Shown one piece after another: positions 24,895 through 38,243 of a stretch of DNA of 64,000 nucleotides. The stretch covers positions 3,906,001-3,970,000 of the forward strand of contig NC_086097.1 in the NCBI RefSeq assembly GCF_963921235.1, given 5' to 3'. The position numbers were made by a program, and so were the translations under genes. Source of the stretch: Mobula hypostoma. Lineage: Eukaryota. The notes under the pieces are model-generated. The model was not told the origin of the DNA, searched no databases, and was given only the letters and a program-made list of their open reading frames with translations. The stretch's first letter is position 1. Every line of letters begins with the position of its first letter.

Positions 24895-26250
24895 GCAGGT
24901 TTGCATGAAGTAGTGCATACTTGTCCCTGTATCTAAAAAGACCAAGGTAACATGTCTGAACGACTGGCGTCCTGTCACTCTCACCTCAATAATAAGCAAA
25001 TGCTTTGAGAGGCTGGTCAAAGATTACATCTGCAGCTTGCTATCATCCACACTACAATTTGTCTCCCAACACAACCGATCAACAGATGATGCAATAGCCA
25101 CAGATCCACACACCGTCCTTACATGTCTGGAGAAGAAGGATGCTCATGTGAGAATGCTGTTCTTGGACAGCATTCAACACCACAATTCCCTCCAAGTTTG
25201 ACAAGAAACTTAGAGACCTCGGCTTTCACCCTGCCTTGTGCAGCTGGATCCTGGACTTCCTGTCAGATCGCCAGCAGGTGGTAAGAGTGGGCTGCCTCAT
25301 CTCTGACTCTCAATACAGGAACCTCTCAAGGCTGTGTACGAAGCCCCCTCCTTTACTCCCTGTATACCCATGACTGTGTCATCACCCACAGTTCCAATTT
25401 GTGAATTAAATTTGCCGAAGACGTTACACTGATTGGCCTAATCTCAAATAATAATGAGGCAGCCTACAGAGAAGTCATCACCCTGACACAGTGGTGTCAA
25501 GAAAACGACCTCTCCCTCAATGTTGCAAAAACAAAGGAGCTAGTTGTGGACTACAGGAGGAATGGAGACAGGCTAGCCCCTATTGCCATCAATAGATCTG
25601 GGGTTGAGTGGGTGAACAGCTTCAAATTCCTCTGCATAAACATCACTGAGGATCTCATGTCGTCTGTACACACCAGCTGTGTGGTGAAAAAGTCACGACA
25701 ACACCTCTTTCACCTCAGTTGAAGAACTTTGGTATGGGACCCCAAATCCTAAGAACTGTCTATAGGGGCACAATTGAGAGCATCCTGACTGGCTGCATCA
25801 CTGCCTGGTATGGGAACTGCACTTCCCTCAATCGCAGGACTCTGCAGAGAGTGGTGCAGACAACTCAGCGCATCTGTAGATGTGAACTCCCCACTATTCA
25901 GGAGATCTACAGACACAGGTGTGTAAAAAGGGCCTGAAGGATCATTGGGGACCCAAGTCACCCCAGCCATAAACTGTTCCAGCTGCTACCATCCTGGAAA
26001 CGGTACCTCAGCGCAAAAGCCAGGACCAACAGGCTCCAGGACAGCTTCTTCCACCAGGCCATCAGACTGATTAATTCATGCTGTTACAACTGTATTTCTA
26101 TGTTATATTGACTGTCCTGTTGTACATAGTATTTATTATATATCACTATAAATTGCACATTGCACATTTAGATGGAGACATAATGTGAAGATTTTTACTC
26201 CTCATGTATATGAAGGATGTAGGTAATAAAGTCAATTCAATTCAATATTA
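24895..26250 (+). mobile_element. Rex/Babar LINE RT + 3' end (decayed)
   Basis: CLNDWRPV.LTS..SKCFERL, GTIESILTGCITAWYGNC, (ttcaa)n tail. A related copy lies at 55030-55895. Confidence 0.85.
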
Positions 26251-26544
26251 ATACTGTTTGAGAAATTTTCCATAGATGCTGCCTGGCCTGCTGAGTTCCT
26301 CCAGCATTTTGTGTGTGTGTTGCTCTGGATTTCCAGCATCTGCAGATTTTCTCTTGTTGGAGATGAAGAGGAATTTCTTTTGCCAAAGGGTGGTGCATCT
26401 CATTGCCACAGATGGCTGTGGAGTCTAAGTTATTTGAAGCAGAGGCTGATAGGTTCTTGCTAGTAAGGGAGGAGACTGGGGTTGGCAGGGAAAATGGATC
26501 CTCCATGATCCTTTGGTGGGACAGACTGGATGGGCCAAATGGCC

Positions 26545-26860
26545 AAACGTTAAGAGGCGGGACCTCCAGCAGCTCCGCCTGATTGACTGGTGGACGGTCA
26601 CCTGACGCTTGAGTGACGGCACCGCTTGCCCCATTGTTCCGACGCGACGCCGGCCGCGGTGGCGGGAGTGTCACGTGAGGCTGTGCGGAGCGGCGGGCGA
26701 GAGTGTCACGTGAGGCTGTGCGGAGCGGCGGCGGGGGTGTCACGTGAGGCGGAGCGGCGGGGCGGCGGGCGATGTGTCAGTGGCGGGGTGTGCGCCGCCT
26801 GTCAGCCCAGACTGGGAGCCGGCCGGCTGGGGGCGCCTCGCAATGGATGGTGCAGTAAGT
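26545..26860 (+). promoter_or_regulatory. CpG-island promoter / 5'UTR of OTUB2 with GC box and tandem E-boxes
   Basis: The most GC- and CpG-rich stretch in the window. It holds a GAGGCGGGA GC box near 26554, GTCACCTGAC at 26597-26606, and TCACGTGA at 26671, 26706 and 26740. Confidence 0.8.
26843..26854 (+). CDS. OTUB2: OTUB2 coding exon 1 (MDGA)
   Basis: gcaATGG Kozak context at the 3' edge of the CpG island, followed by ATG GAT GGT GCA|gtaagt. This consensus phase-0 donor matches phase 0 of the next exon. Confidence 0.72.
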
Positions 26861-27391
26861 CAGAGTTTGTCTTTGCTCCCCATGCAGTGTCTTGGGGGAA
26901 TGAAATACAGTGGCAATAGCTGCTGGTGTTCAGGGAGGGTTTGTATCCAGAGAGCCGGTGCCAGTGCATGATTGCAATCACCAGCATTCATTCACCAATG
27001 AATGTAATGCAGAGAATTAGCAGGTCAGCTTTTCTGAACTACGTTCCTAAACTGTGCAACTCAATATCTAAAACTATACGGGATGCAGACTCAGTTGATA
27101 CCTTTAAACGCCCTCTCAAAGCCTAATTATTTAACCTTGCTTTTAATTAACATCTCTTTGCCTTTATTTTCCTGTTTGCACTTTATTCCATTGTAAAGCA
27201 CTTTGATCGTATGTACAAAAAGTGCTCAATAAATAAGTTGTTATTAGTGAGTTAGGCATCATTGACATTGTTACACACAGCTGACGTGTAGCGGACATAA
27301 TGTAGCTTATTGGCAAATTTAAGTATTGTATGTTCAGTCAGCTGCCAGGGATGATAATCCAAGTCCTTCATTCCAAACAGGAAGTTTAGGG

Positions 27392-27489
27392 TGTCCTGAC
27401 GAAGGGTCCCGGCCCAAAACGTCGATTGTACCTCTTCCTATAGATGCTGCCTGGTCTGCTGCGTTCACCAGCATTTTTTGTGTGTGTTG
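27392..27489 (+). mobile_element. Mini-Penelope pLTR insertion with a mutated hammerhead, 14-bp TSD
   Basis: TSD CAGGAAGTTTAGGG at 27378-27391 and 27490-27503; the GAAA box is changed to AAAA. Confidence 0.8.
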
Positions 27490-27624
27490 CAGGAAGTTTA
27501 GGGCGTGTCTGAAAGTCTTCATGGTGGAGTGGTTTTTTTTGCTGTATCAAGGGAAGAAATATTAGACTGTCAGTTCACGAATAATGATGGTAGCCCAAAA
27601 TAGTATTGCAGTTGTTTCAGTATC

Positions 27625-28320
27625 ACTGGCAAATGTTGTGAGATGTGTTGTTGTACAGCTGCAGTACAAATGCATTACGTAATAATAAAATACATTAAGA
27701 ATATATACATCGTGCAAAAAGAGAGCAGAAAACAAAAAAAATAGTGAGGTAGTCTACATGGGTTCATTGTCCATTCAGAAATCTGTTGGTGGAGGGGAAG
27801 AAGCTGTTCCTGTGACTTCAGGCTCCTGTACCACATCCTTGATAGTAGCAATGAGAAGAGGGCATGTCCTGGGTGATGGGATCCTTAATAATGGATACCA
27901 TCTTTTTGAGGTATCACTTTTTGAAAGCCTCCTCAATGCTGGGAGGCTAGTGTCCACGATGGAGCTGGCTGACTTTACAACTTACGCAACTTTTTCTGAT
28001 CCTGTGTAGTGCCTCCTCTGTACCAGGTGGTAATGCAGCCAGTTAGAATGCTCTCTACGGTATATCTGTAGAAATTTGCTAGAGTCCTGAGTGAAATACC
28101 AAATCTTCTCAAACTCCTAATGAAATATAGCCGCCTTTGTAACTGCATCGATATGTTGGGCCCAGGATAGAGCCTCACAGATGTTGACACCCAGGGACTT
28201 GAAGCTGCTCACCCCTTTCCACTGCTGATCCCTCGGTGAGGACTGTTGCATGTTCTCTCAACTTCCCCTTCTTGAAGTCCACAGTCAGTTCCTTGGTCTT
28301 ACTGAGCGGGAGGTTGTTGC
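27625..28320 (-). mobile_element. Rex/Babar LINE 3' fragment
   Basis: RLYFIRSLRRFG...FYRYTVESILTGCITTWY. Confidence 0.75.
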
Positions 28321-31300
28321 GTGTGGGAGAAGATGTCCACTCTCAAAGAGGAGATGTGGAGAGAAATAGAGAAAAAATATGAGAATGAAGTGAGCATCAC
28401 TGAGTCATGGCTGAAAGAAGGTCTTAGTTGGGAATAGCGTCCAAGGATCTACTTTGTTTCAAAAGGACAGGCTGGAAGCCATAGGCGGTAGTGTGGCTAT
28501 AGGCTAATGGGTGTATGGGATTGAGGGGGATCTAGGATCAGCCATGATGGAATGGTGGAGCAGACTCTGGGCTGAATGGCCTAATTCTGCTTCTATGTCT
28601 TTGCCCTCTTCATCATCAAGGATACCTTTAAAAGGTGGTGACTTCTATCATTAAAGACCCTCACCGTCCAGGACATGCCCTCTTATTGCTAACAGTTTCA
28701 ATTCGTGGGGAAAAAGTGAACTGTTTCATTTGACAAGTTTCACTTCAGACCTAGGCCTCAGCAAGGGCCCATTGTAACCCCTTGAACTAAGTAGCTAGGG
28801 GGAAGTCCTGGTAAGGTAAAGAGAAAGGAATAAGCAATGGTGCTGAATATTTAAATGGGTTGTAATGACCACAATCTGTCAGGAATAGACAATGCAAACA
28901 AATGCACAGGATCAGGAAATACTGCAAACTCAGTCAGCTCCATCATGGGTACGAGCCTCCACAGCACCTTCAAAAAGCAATGCCTCAAAAAGGCAGCATC
29001 CATTATTGAGGTCTCTCATCACCCAGGACATGCCCTCTTGTCATTGCTACCATCAAGGAGGAGGTACAGGAGCCTGAAAGACACACACTCAATGTTTTAG
29101 GAAGAGCTTCTTCCCCTCCACCATCACATTTCTGAATGCACAATGAACCTCTTTTTGAACTATGTGTTTAATTTATGATATATGTGTATATGTAACATAA
29201 ATTTTATATATAATTGTAATTTATAACTATTATTACTGCTGCCATTAAAACAACAAATTTCATGACATATGCCAGTGATATTAAGCCTGATTCTGGAATG
29301 TCTCCAGTTAAAAGTCAGAACCGGGAATAATGTCACAAGTAAATGTGTGTTTGCACATTACACAGTTCATTTACATTAATACCAGTGAATCCTCCATTTT
29401 AAAAGTTTGGATTATGTTTGTTTCTATGCCACTTCAGTTAACCTCATTTCATCATGAAAACTATATCTTGTTATATTTTCAGAATTAAGTTAGCAGGAAA
29501 TATGATGCGTTCCCCAAATGCAAGTAGCATTCATAGCAGGAATTTAAATATGATTATCCACTTTGGATGGAAAAATATAAGGGAGGAATATTTCTTTTTA
29601 TTTGACAAAAGAATGAAATGAGCTGATGTTCAAAGGAACATCCTTGCACACGAGCACATGTTCAAAGGATATCCTTGCACATGAGGTCATAGAAGGTTAA
29701 AGTACACTTGGTGCGAGTGATAAGAAAACAGGACATTGAAACAGGAGATTCTGCAGATGCTGAAAATCCAGAGCAACACTCACAAACTGAGGGAGGAACC
29801 AGCAGGTCAGACAGCATGTATGGAAATGAATAAACAGTCGATGCTTCAGGCTGAGGGCTGACTCTTCATCAGCAAGTAATAAAGCCCAGGGAATATAAGT
29901 AATAAGTCAAAATCTAAAGGGTGGAAATTAATTTTATTCAATGCTTTGTGTTCAGATTCTGTGGTATGGAAACACCAGTGTCTTTGAAAGGAAAATCCTA
30001 CAAAAAGTAGTGGATTTGGCCCAGTATATCAGGGGCAACCCCCTTCCAACCATTAAGCACATCTACATGAAATACTGTCGTAGAAAAGCAGCATCCATCA
30101 TCAGAGATGCCTCCCCCCCACTCTTCTTTCACTGCTGCCTCAGGAGCGAGAGTACATGCCTCAGGACTGTCACCACCAGGTTCAAGAACAGTTACCCATC
30201 AGGCTCTTGAAGAAAGGGCCTGATATCAACACTATCTCTGAGCCCTTTGTCTCTTCCACCAATCAACTTCCCAGCTCTTTACTTCACCTCTCTTCCTCTC
30301 CCGGTTTCACCTCTCACCTACCACCTTGTACTTCTTCCTCCCCTTGCCCCACCTTCGTACTCTGACTTCTCAGTCCCGAAGAAGGGTCTCATCCCGAAAC
30401 ATCGACTGTTTACTCTTTTCCATAGATGCTGCCTGGCCTGCTGAGTTCCTCCGGCATTCTGTGTGTGTTATTTGGATTTCCAGCATCTGCAGATTTTCTC
30501 GTGTTTGGCATAACTACACTCACTTGCCCATCCATTGAGATGTTCCCACAACCAATGATTCACTTTAAGGGCTCTTTATCTTGTAATCTCATGCTCTTGT
30601 TATTTATAACTATTTATTTATACATGCATTTGCACAGTTTGTTGTCTTCTGCACTCTGGTTGACCTTTCGTCGATCCTGTTTACAGTTACCATTCTATAG
30701 ATTTGCTGAGTATGCCCGCAGGAAAATGAATCTCAGGGTTGCATATGGTGACAAGTAAGTACTTTGATAATAAGTTTACTTTAAATTTTGAAAACGTATG
30801 CAAAATGCATTCAGAGGTACGCCAGTTAACATTGTTCATGCCACAAGCTTTATGGCAATATGGGGATTTGCACCCTAACTTGTTCTACTCTTCCATTGGT
30901 TGTGACCCAATTTATGTCGGATCTCACCAATGTACAGAATGGTATATCAGCATTTATTGTGAGAACACTGCCATACAGATGACTCCTGTATTATGGCAAA
31001 CTTCAAAGTAAATTTATTATCAACACACGACTATGTCACCTGAGATTCAATTTCTTGTGGGCATATTCAGTAAATCTGTAGAATAATAACCATAACGAAA
31101 TCAATGAAAGACCGCCAAACTTTAGTGTTCAACCAGAATGCAGATGACAGCAAACAGTGCAGATATAAAAAGAAAGAAAGAATAATAAACAAGCAATAAA
31201 TAGAGAACATGAGATGAAGACTCTTTGGAAGTGAGTCCATAGGTTGAGGTAATAGTTCAGTGATGGGGTGAGTGAAGTTATCCCCATTGGTTGTGAGTTG

Positions 31301-31789
31301 TGAGGCTCCTGTACCACTGTCCTGATGGCAGCAGCAAGAAGAGTGCTGGTCCTCAGTGGTGGGTGTTCTTAATATTGAATGATGGATGCTGTTTTCCTGC
31401 AGTTCACCCTCACAGAAATCACAGGTCACTACCAAAAAAAACACCTGTGATACAGAATAAAACTTCTCTTATGAAACTTAAATGAAAATTAGGAAATAAA
31501 TTAACAAAGTTTACGCTGTCTTCAGCTCACATTTCTTGATGCACATTGAGATGACGCAGCGTCGCCTTATTGAATATTGGTACATGGACCATTTTCTAGG
31601 AATGCAACTACCTTCTCCAATACTCCCATACCCAACCCTCCTCAACAGGGAGATCACCAGCATCAGACTAGGGTTATCTAATTTCAGTTAAAGAGAGCCC
31701 TGATGTGACACATCTGGAACATGGTGAACAGGTCTTGATTCTCGATCAATGGAAGGAAACACTTGCAATATAGCAAGTGTAACGACTGA

Positions 31790-32190
31790 TCTCTCAAGGT
31801 TGTCATTGCTGGGGATGAGCTCCCACGACCTATTAAATGCTCTGTTTCTACTGAAAGGAGAAAAGGCAAAGGTGGGTTACTGGCGCCTTAAAACTAGTTG
31901 CTACGGGCAGATGGGGTTCGTCAGCTATGGTTGGCAGCTCATCTAGAAAGAAAACTTTGATCTCAAACCTGTGTTGCCTTACGGCTATCCCACTCATGGA
32001 GAATGCTTCGATTGTAAACCACAAGGGACAAATTCAGAGCTGGAGTCCCTAAGGGAGTTCTACGTTGAGTTCAACACTGACTGGCAACTCCTGTGTTGCC
32101 ACTGGTGCCAAACAGTATTGGTCTCTGCCATTCCTTTGGATTCATCAGCTGCATGGAGGGGGTGCCTGCTACATGGGTAATAGTTTGCTT
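31790..32190 (+). mobile_element. Dispersed repeat (RTE 5'-region-like); homologous inverted copy at about 49140-49670, downstream of the OTUB2 stop
   Basis: ccttaaaac.agt.gct....gcagat..gg.tc.tcagctatggttgg is shared in opposite orientations. Confidence 0.55.
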
Positions 32191-32199
32191 GCCAAAGAC

Positions 32200-32410
32200 C
32201 TGGGGGAATTCAGCAGGTCAGGCAGCATCTATGGAAAGAATTAAACTGTTGATGTTTTGGGCTGAGATCTCTTACCGGTCCTGATGAAGGATCTCAGACT
32301 GAAACATTGACTGTTTATTTCTTTCCATAGATACATCCTGACCTGTTGAGTGCCTTCAGTATTTTGTGTGTGTTGCTTTGGATTTCCAACATCTGCAGAA
32401 TCTCTCGTGT
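32200..32410. mobile_element. Older palindromic mini-Penelope; hammerhead-like motif at 32277-32312
   Basis: An inverted arm at 32200-32273 faces CUGAUGA...GAAACAUUGACU. Confidence 0.7.
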
Positions 32411-32419
32411 TTATTATTA

Positions 32420-34200
32420 AGAGGATATTAGAGAAGAGTATGAACTCCATCATATTATGATCACTGTCTCCTGAGAGTTCCTTTACATTAAGCTCCCTAA
32501 TAAGATCTGGTAATGAAACAACACCCAATCTAAGATAGTTTTCCCTGAGTAGGCTCAAGCACAAGCTGCTCTAAAAAGCCATCTCATAGGCATTCAACAA
32601 TTCCCTCTCTTGCGATCTAACAACAACCTGATTTTCCCAATCACCTTGCATACTGAAATCCCCAATTACAATTGTGTTGTTACCCTTAATACATATCTTT
32701 TCCAGCTCCCTTTGCGGTCTCAACCCCACATCTTAGCTACTGTTTGGAGGCCTATATATGATTCCCATAATGGCTTTTTCACCCTTGCAATTTCTTAACT
32801 CTACCCATAAAGATTCGACATTTTCTGACCCTATGTCACCTCTTTCTAAAGATGTAATTCCATCTCTTAGCAACAGAGCCACACTACCGCCTATGCCTTC
32901 ATAGAAACATAGAAAATAGGTGTAAGAGTAGGCCATTCGGCCCATCGAGCCTGCACCGCCATTCAGTATGATCATGGCTGATCATCCAACTCAGAACCCT
33001 GTACCTGCCTTCTCTCTATACCCCCCTGATCCCTTTAGCCACAAGGGCCATATCTAACTCCCTCTTAAATATAGCCAATGAACTGGCCTCAACTGTTTCC
33101 TGTGGCAGAGAATTCCACAGATTCACCACTCTCTGTGTGAAGAGGTTTTCCTCATCTCGGTCCTAAAAGGCTTCCCCTTTATCCTCAAACTGTGACCCCT
33201 CGTTCTGGACTTCCCCAACATCGGGAACAATCTTCCTGCATCTAGCCTGTCCAATCCTTTTAGAATTTTATACGTTTCAATCAGATCCCCCCCCTCAATC
33301 TTCTAAATTCCAGAGAGTATAAGCCTAGTCGATCCAGTCTTTCATCATATGAAAGTCCTGCCATCCCAGGAATCAATCTGGTGAACCTTCTTTGTACTCC
33401 CTCTATGGCAAGAATGTCTTTCCTCAGATTAGGGGACCAAAACTGCACACAATACTCCAGGTGTGGTCTCACCAAGGCCTTGTACAACTGCAGTAGTACC
33501 TCCCTGCTCCTGTACTCGAATCCTCTCGCTATGAATGCCAGCATACCATTCGCCTTTTTCACCGCCTGCTGTACCTGCATGCCCACTTTCAATGACTGGT
33601 GTACAATGACACCCAGGTCTCGTTGCACCTCCCCTTTTCTTAATCGGCCACCATTCAGATAATAATCTGTTTTCCTGTTCTTGCCACCAAAGTGGATAAC
33701 CTGCCTGTCCTTTCGATACAAAGTATGCCCTTTGACGTTAAGTTCCCAACTATGGCCTTCTTTCAGCCACGACTCAGTGATACCCACAACATCATACCGA
33801 CTAATTGCGCTTAGTGTTCATCCACCTTGTTCTGAATGCTATGCGCATTTAAATACAGCACCTTCAGTCCTGTATTCTTTGCCCTTTTGAATTTTGCGTC
33901 TGTGGTACAATTTAACACTTTGCTCTGTCTGCATTTGTACCCAATCATTGGCTTGTCCTTCCTCACATTCATGTTACACTCATCCTCGACTTGTAAACCT
34001 GCTGGCTCATCCTCAGCTCTATCATACTGGTTCCCATTTCCCTGCCATATTAGCTTAAACCACTCTCAACAGCTGTAGTAAACCTGCCCGCAAGAATTTT
34101 GGTCCCCCTTGGATTCAAGTGCAAGCTGTCCCTTTTGTACAGGTCCCACCTGCTCCAGAAGAGGTCCCAATTATCCAGGAATGTGAATCCCTGCCTCCTG
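32420..34200 (-). mobile_element. CR1 5' portion (ORF1 esterase end + APE) hosting a young CR1 3' end at 32899-33699
   Basis: FLDNWDLFW.R.DLYKRD.LHLNPRGT.ILAGRF (ORF1 SGNH/esterase-like), GITESWL, ESLWVELRN.KG...GIIYRPPNS. Confidence 0.85.
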
Positions 34201-36012
34201 CTACACAGACACAGTGGGGTTGAGAGGGAAAACAAATCAGGCATGATGGGATGGTGGAGCAGAAAGGCCTCACACTGCTGCTATGTCTATCATCTTCCGG
34301 TCTTTAGCTACTGTTACCTTCGTGCCTTTTCACTGCCTCATTTTCAATGGTCCCAGTATCATGGCCCAGTGGTGAAATTACTCACCCACTTTGCAGTCTT
34401 TGCTCATCTAGCTGTGCTAGCAGTACCCTGTACCTGCTAGAAGAGTCCGAAGCCAAGACTACCAGTGCTGCCTCCATGAATCCCCATTCCTGCCTCAGTA
34501 TTTACTCTATAAATGAAAATCTAAATAGACAACTTTTCTCTTTGGATCAAAGGAGTATGAGAGGCCACTTGTTAGCGGTGGACAAGGTGACAGAGTCATA
34601 GATAGAGTGGACGGCCAGAGACCTTTGCCCGGGGTGATACTGAATGGCATAATTTTAAGGTGATTGGGAGGAAACCTACAGCACAATACAGGCCCTTCGG
34701 CTCACAAAGCTGTGCCAAACATGCCCCTACATGTAGGGGAGATATTCTTTACACAGAGTGGTGGGTACATGGAATGCTCTGAGTGGTAGGGACTTTTAAG
34801 AAACTGAGAACCTAGCCTGGCATCCACAGGCACTTTGCTTAATGGTGCTGGCTCGTGGCATAAAAAAGTTGGGAAGCCCTGTCTTAGATAGGTACATGAA
34901 TGATGGAAGAATGGAGGTCTATGTAGGAGGGAAGGGTTGGATTGATCTTAGAATGGGTTAAGAGGTCAGCAGAACATTGTGGGTTGAAGGCCCTGTACTG
35001 ATCTGAAAGCTGTATTTGAAGACACCAGATAAGGTGAGGGAACACCTGTAGGATAATAAGAAACATTAGAGAATTTGTTCCTTTGTGTCATTAAATAATT
35101 TTAATTAATTTTACTTAGAGATACAGCGTGGAACAGGCCCAACAAGCTGCACCCCCCCACCCCCCACCCAATCAAAGGCAATTTACCATGACTAATAAAC
35201 CTACTATCCAGAATGTCTTTGGAAACCAGAGCACCCGGAGGATACCCATCCATTCCACAGGAAAGACGTACAAACTCCTTACAGACAGCTGATCTCTAAT
35301 GCCCCAATTGTTGTGCTAACCGCTACGCTGCCGTGGTGCCCCTATTTCGTGTCTGCATAACGCTAAAGTAGCTTGTGTGGATAAGAGGGTCTTTGTTTTA
35401 ATAACTGAGAACTAGAACTGTAAAGCCACAGCAATATTTCACCGCATTCCTGGAAGGATATGATTGCATTGATATGGAATGAAGGACATTTATGGAAATG
35501 CTTGCAGGTCTGATTAATTTTAGCTTTGTGGGGATAAAAACTGGATATCGTGATTGTTTTCTTTGGAGCAGAGTGGAGATTTAATTGAAGTGTGTAAAAT
35601 TATTATAGTCCTACCCTAGAGCAATTAAGAAGAAATACTTATGATATTGATAGAAAACTTAAAGTTGAATTAAGAATTTTATTTATGCAGAGTATGTTTT
35701 GTGTTTGTGCATGGAGAGGGCCATTGAAAAGGTGGAAGGAACAGGAGCCTTCATTAAATCTTTAAAAAGTTTTGGTGCCTTTTACCAAAAGGTTCTTAAC
35801 CTTTTAATCCAAGGGTGTTTTTTTGGAAGTCAGTAAAGAGGCACAAAACTTGTTACTTCACGATTGTTTTATTAAGAGTTGATAGAACAGAGGAAAGTTG
35901 AACACAGAAAGCTAAGATTAAAGATAGTGCTGCTTTTTGTTTGGGTATTATACACCCAAAATAAGGAGATTCCTTTCAAATCCATAGATAAGAATTAACC
36001 AATTAGAAAGTA

Positions 36013-36243
36013 TTGGACAATGGGATGACCCATTGGGCACCCTTTGAGAGAAGGGTAGTGCAGTCTGATGTGACCAGAATGAACATTAAATTTTCCTGAA
36101 TGCTATTGGTATCACTTTGCTTTGGAAACTGAAGTAGAAAACCTCAGTTATTAAAGAAGAACGACATGTAGCAAAGCAAATATAGCTCCTCCTCATTTAA
36201 CGAAGGACACTTTTGATGGCATCCTTTCTGGTTTATCTGCCAC
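36013..36243 (-). mobile_element. Helitron 3'-end fragment, same family as 60285-61501
   Basis: Closely matches 60285-60503, including the terminal hairpin. Confidence 0.75.
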
Positions 36244-36750
36244 ATGCAGGTTGGAGGAACAACACCTTATATTCCATCTCGGTAGCCTCCAACCTGGTGG
36301 CATGAACATTGACTTCTCTAACTTCCGTTAATGCCCCTCTTCCCCTTCTTGCCCTATCCCTTATTTACTTATTCCTTTTTTTCCTCTCTCTCTGTCCCTC
36401 TCACTATAACTCCTTGCCTGCTCTCCATCTTCCTCTGGGCTCCCCTCCCCCTTTCTCTCTCTCTAGGCCTCCCGTCCCATCATCCTCTCATATCCCTTTT
36501 GCCAATCACCTGTCCAGCTCTTAGCTCTATCCCTCCCCCTCCCGTCTTCTCCTATCATTTCAGACCTCCCCCTCCCACTTTCAAATCTCTTACCATCTCT
36601 TCTTTCAGTTAGTCCTGACGAAGGGTCTCGGCTCGAAACTTCGACTGTGCTTCTTCCTGTGGATGCTGTCTGGCCTGCTGTGTTCCACCAGCATTTTGTG
36701 TGTGTTGCTTGAATTTCCAGCATCTGCAGATTTCCTCGTGTTTGCGTTTT
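36244..36750 (+). mobile_element. Penelope-like 3' fragment (GIY-YIG end + pLTR with hammerhead motif at 36611-36646)
   Basis: RLEEQHLIFHLGSLQPGGMNIDFSNFR*, then a pyrimidine-rich UTR and the shared terminal repeat. Confidence 0.8.
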
Positions 36751-37350
36751 TATTGTCAAAGTATGCATGTATAATACAACTTTGATATTTGTCTTATCCA
36801 GATAACCATTAAATACAGAAAGACCATGGGTGTTGATGAAAGAAAAGGCATCAACTCCCCCCATCCCTGACTGGAAGGAAAAAGAAAAGAAACAAAACTC
36901 GCAGGCCCCCAAAACACTTAAACTTTTTTAATTGTTCACCCTGTACAAGCTTCATACTTGGCAGGCATGACATTGAAACTTTCAACAATTGACACTGCAA
37001 GAAGGGAGAGTAATAGTATTTCTACCCATCAGCTCCAACCTTCTTTCTTCATTCCCCTCCTTCCTCCCCCCCCCACCCTATTCTGGGGTCTTCCCCCATC
37101 CTGTGGAGTCCTGAAGAAGGGTCTCGGCCTGAAACATCGACTGTTTATTCACTTCCATGGATGCTGCCTGACCTGCTGAGTTCCTCCAGCATTTTGTGCG
37201 TGTGAGCAATAGTATGTTATATTTTTGTTGAATTATCAGAATCAGCTGTATGCTGTGAAATTTGTTATTTTGAGAGCAATACGGTGCAATAGATAACCCG
37301 TACTGTAGGTTACAAGAAGAAATACATTAAAAAACAAGTAGTGCGAAAAC

Positions 37351-37616
37351 CTGTGGTGCAGAGGTTAGCATGACACTATTAAAGCTCAAGAGTTCAGAGT
37401 TCAGTTTTGGCACCCTTCTTTAAGAAGTCTTTGTATGTCGTCCCAGTAGAATATGTGGGTTCTCCCCAGGTGCCCCAGTTTCCTCCTACAGTCCAAAGAG
37501 ATGTTTGTTAGGTTAATTGGTTATTGTAAATTGTCCTGTCAGGGTTCATCTCGTTTGTAGGGTTGCTGGGCTGACAGGGCTCGAAGGGCCTATTCCGTGC
37601 CGTATTGCTAATAAAG
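37351..37616 (+). mobile_element. tRNA-derived V-SINE (HE1-like). Other copies: about 42405-42660 (+), 49983-50235 (+), 51354-51620 (+), 35105-35341 (-), 38850-39036 (-), 42910-43238 (-)
   Basis: A-box-like gtagcggttagc, B-box-like gagttcaattcc, and V-domain-like gtgggttt.cc.caggtgc.cc.gtttcctccc.cagtccaaaga. Confidence 0.7.
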
Positions 37617-37753
37617 TAAACATATTAAAATCAGAGAGATCAAAATGGTGAAAAAAATCAGCAGTAAGTTTGGATTTTGCTGAGATGTTTTTATCCTTTC
37701 AGTACCGAATTTGCTATTGAGGTGGGTGTTATTTTTCTGTTTTATGTACATAG

Positions 37754-37846
37754 TGTGGACCTGTGTCTATAGTCTCTGATCGAAGTGAAATACAAGCTCT
37801 TGGAGATGAACATCCTGAAGACAGAATTTATCAACAAAAAGTACAG
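37754..37846 (+). CDS. OTUB2: OTUB2 coding exon 2 (CGPVSIVSDRSEIQALGDEHPEDRIYQQKVQ)
   Basis: catag|TGT ... CAG|gtatga. The peptide resembles the OTUB2 N-terminal HPENRIYRRKI segment. 93 nt; not in the supplied ORF track. Confidence 0.88.
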
Positions 37847-38243
37847 GTATGATTTTATTTTTAAATTATGTGAAGGAAAGTATTGCTGTTTTTCATCATG
37901 TGTACTATGGTAACACGAATTAAATTGTACAGTAAGTCACTATCTGTGTCAATCAGAATCGGGTTTAATATCACTGGAATATGTCATGAAACTTATTTTG
38001 TGGCAGCAGTACATTTTAATACATAATTAAAAACTAAACTACAATGAGAAAAAATGTTTGCACAAGTTATGTGTATATAATGCAAACAGAACATGTCTCT
38101 CTATGGTAATCTTCGGGAGAGTCTAGATTTACTGCAACTTGTGGATTGCATGCACATGGGACAGAGAATACAGTCACATCTTTTTTAAAAAAAAACTTTG
38201 CCTGGATTTGCATTTTTGCCAGAGTTTTAAGTGAATAGTTTAG

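Noticed and set aside
26237..26987. Several overlapping ORFs across the CpG island
   Set aside because: They are expected from high GC content. Only ATG 26843 with the gtaagt donor fits the OTUB2 structure.
29483..29540. Acceptor-like ttatattttcag in OTUB2 intron 1 as an extra coding exon
   Set aside because: There is an in-frame stop immediately (AAT TAA) and no convincing donor; exons 1 and 2 already join in phase.
33281..33787. Apparent APE-RT fusion ORF (168 aa)
   Set aside because: An in-frame junction created by a young CR1 3' end inserting into an older CR1.
37351..37420. tRNA genes
   Set aside because: The A/B-box-like sequences are SINE heads; no cloverleaf can be built.
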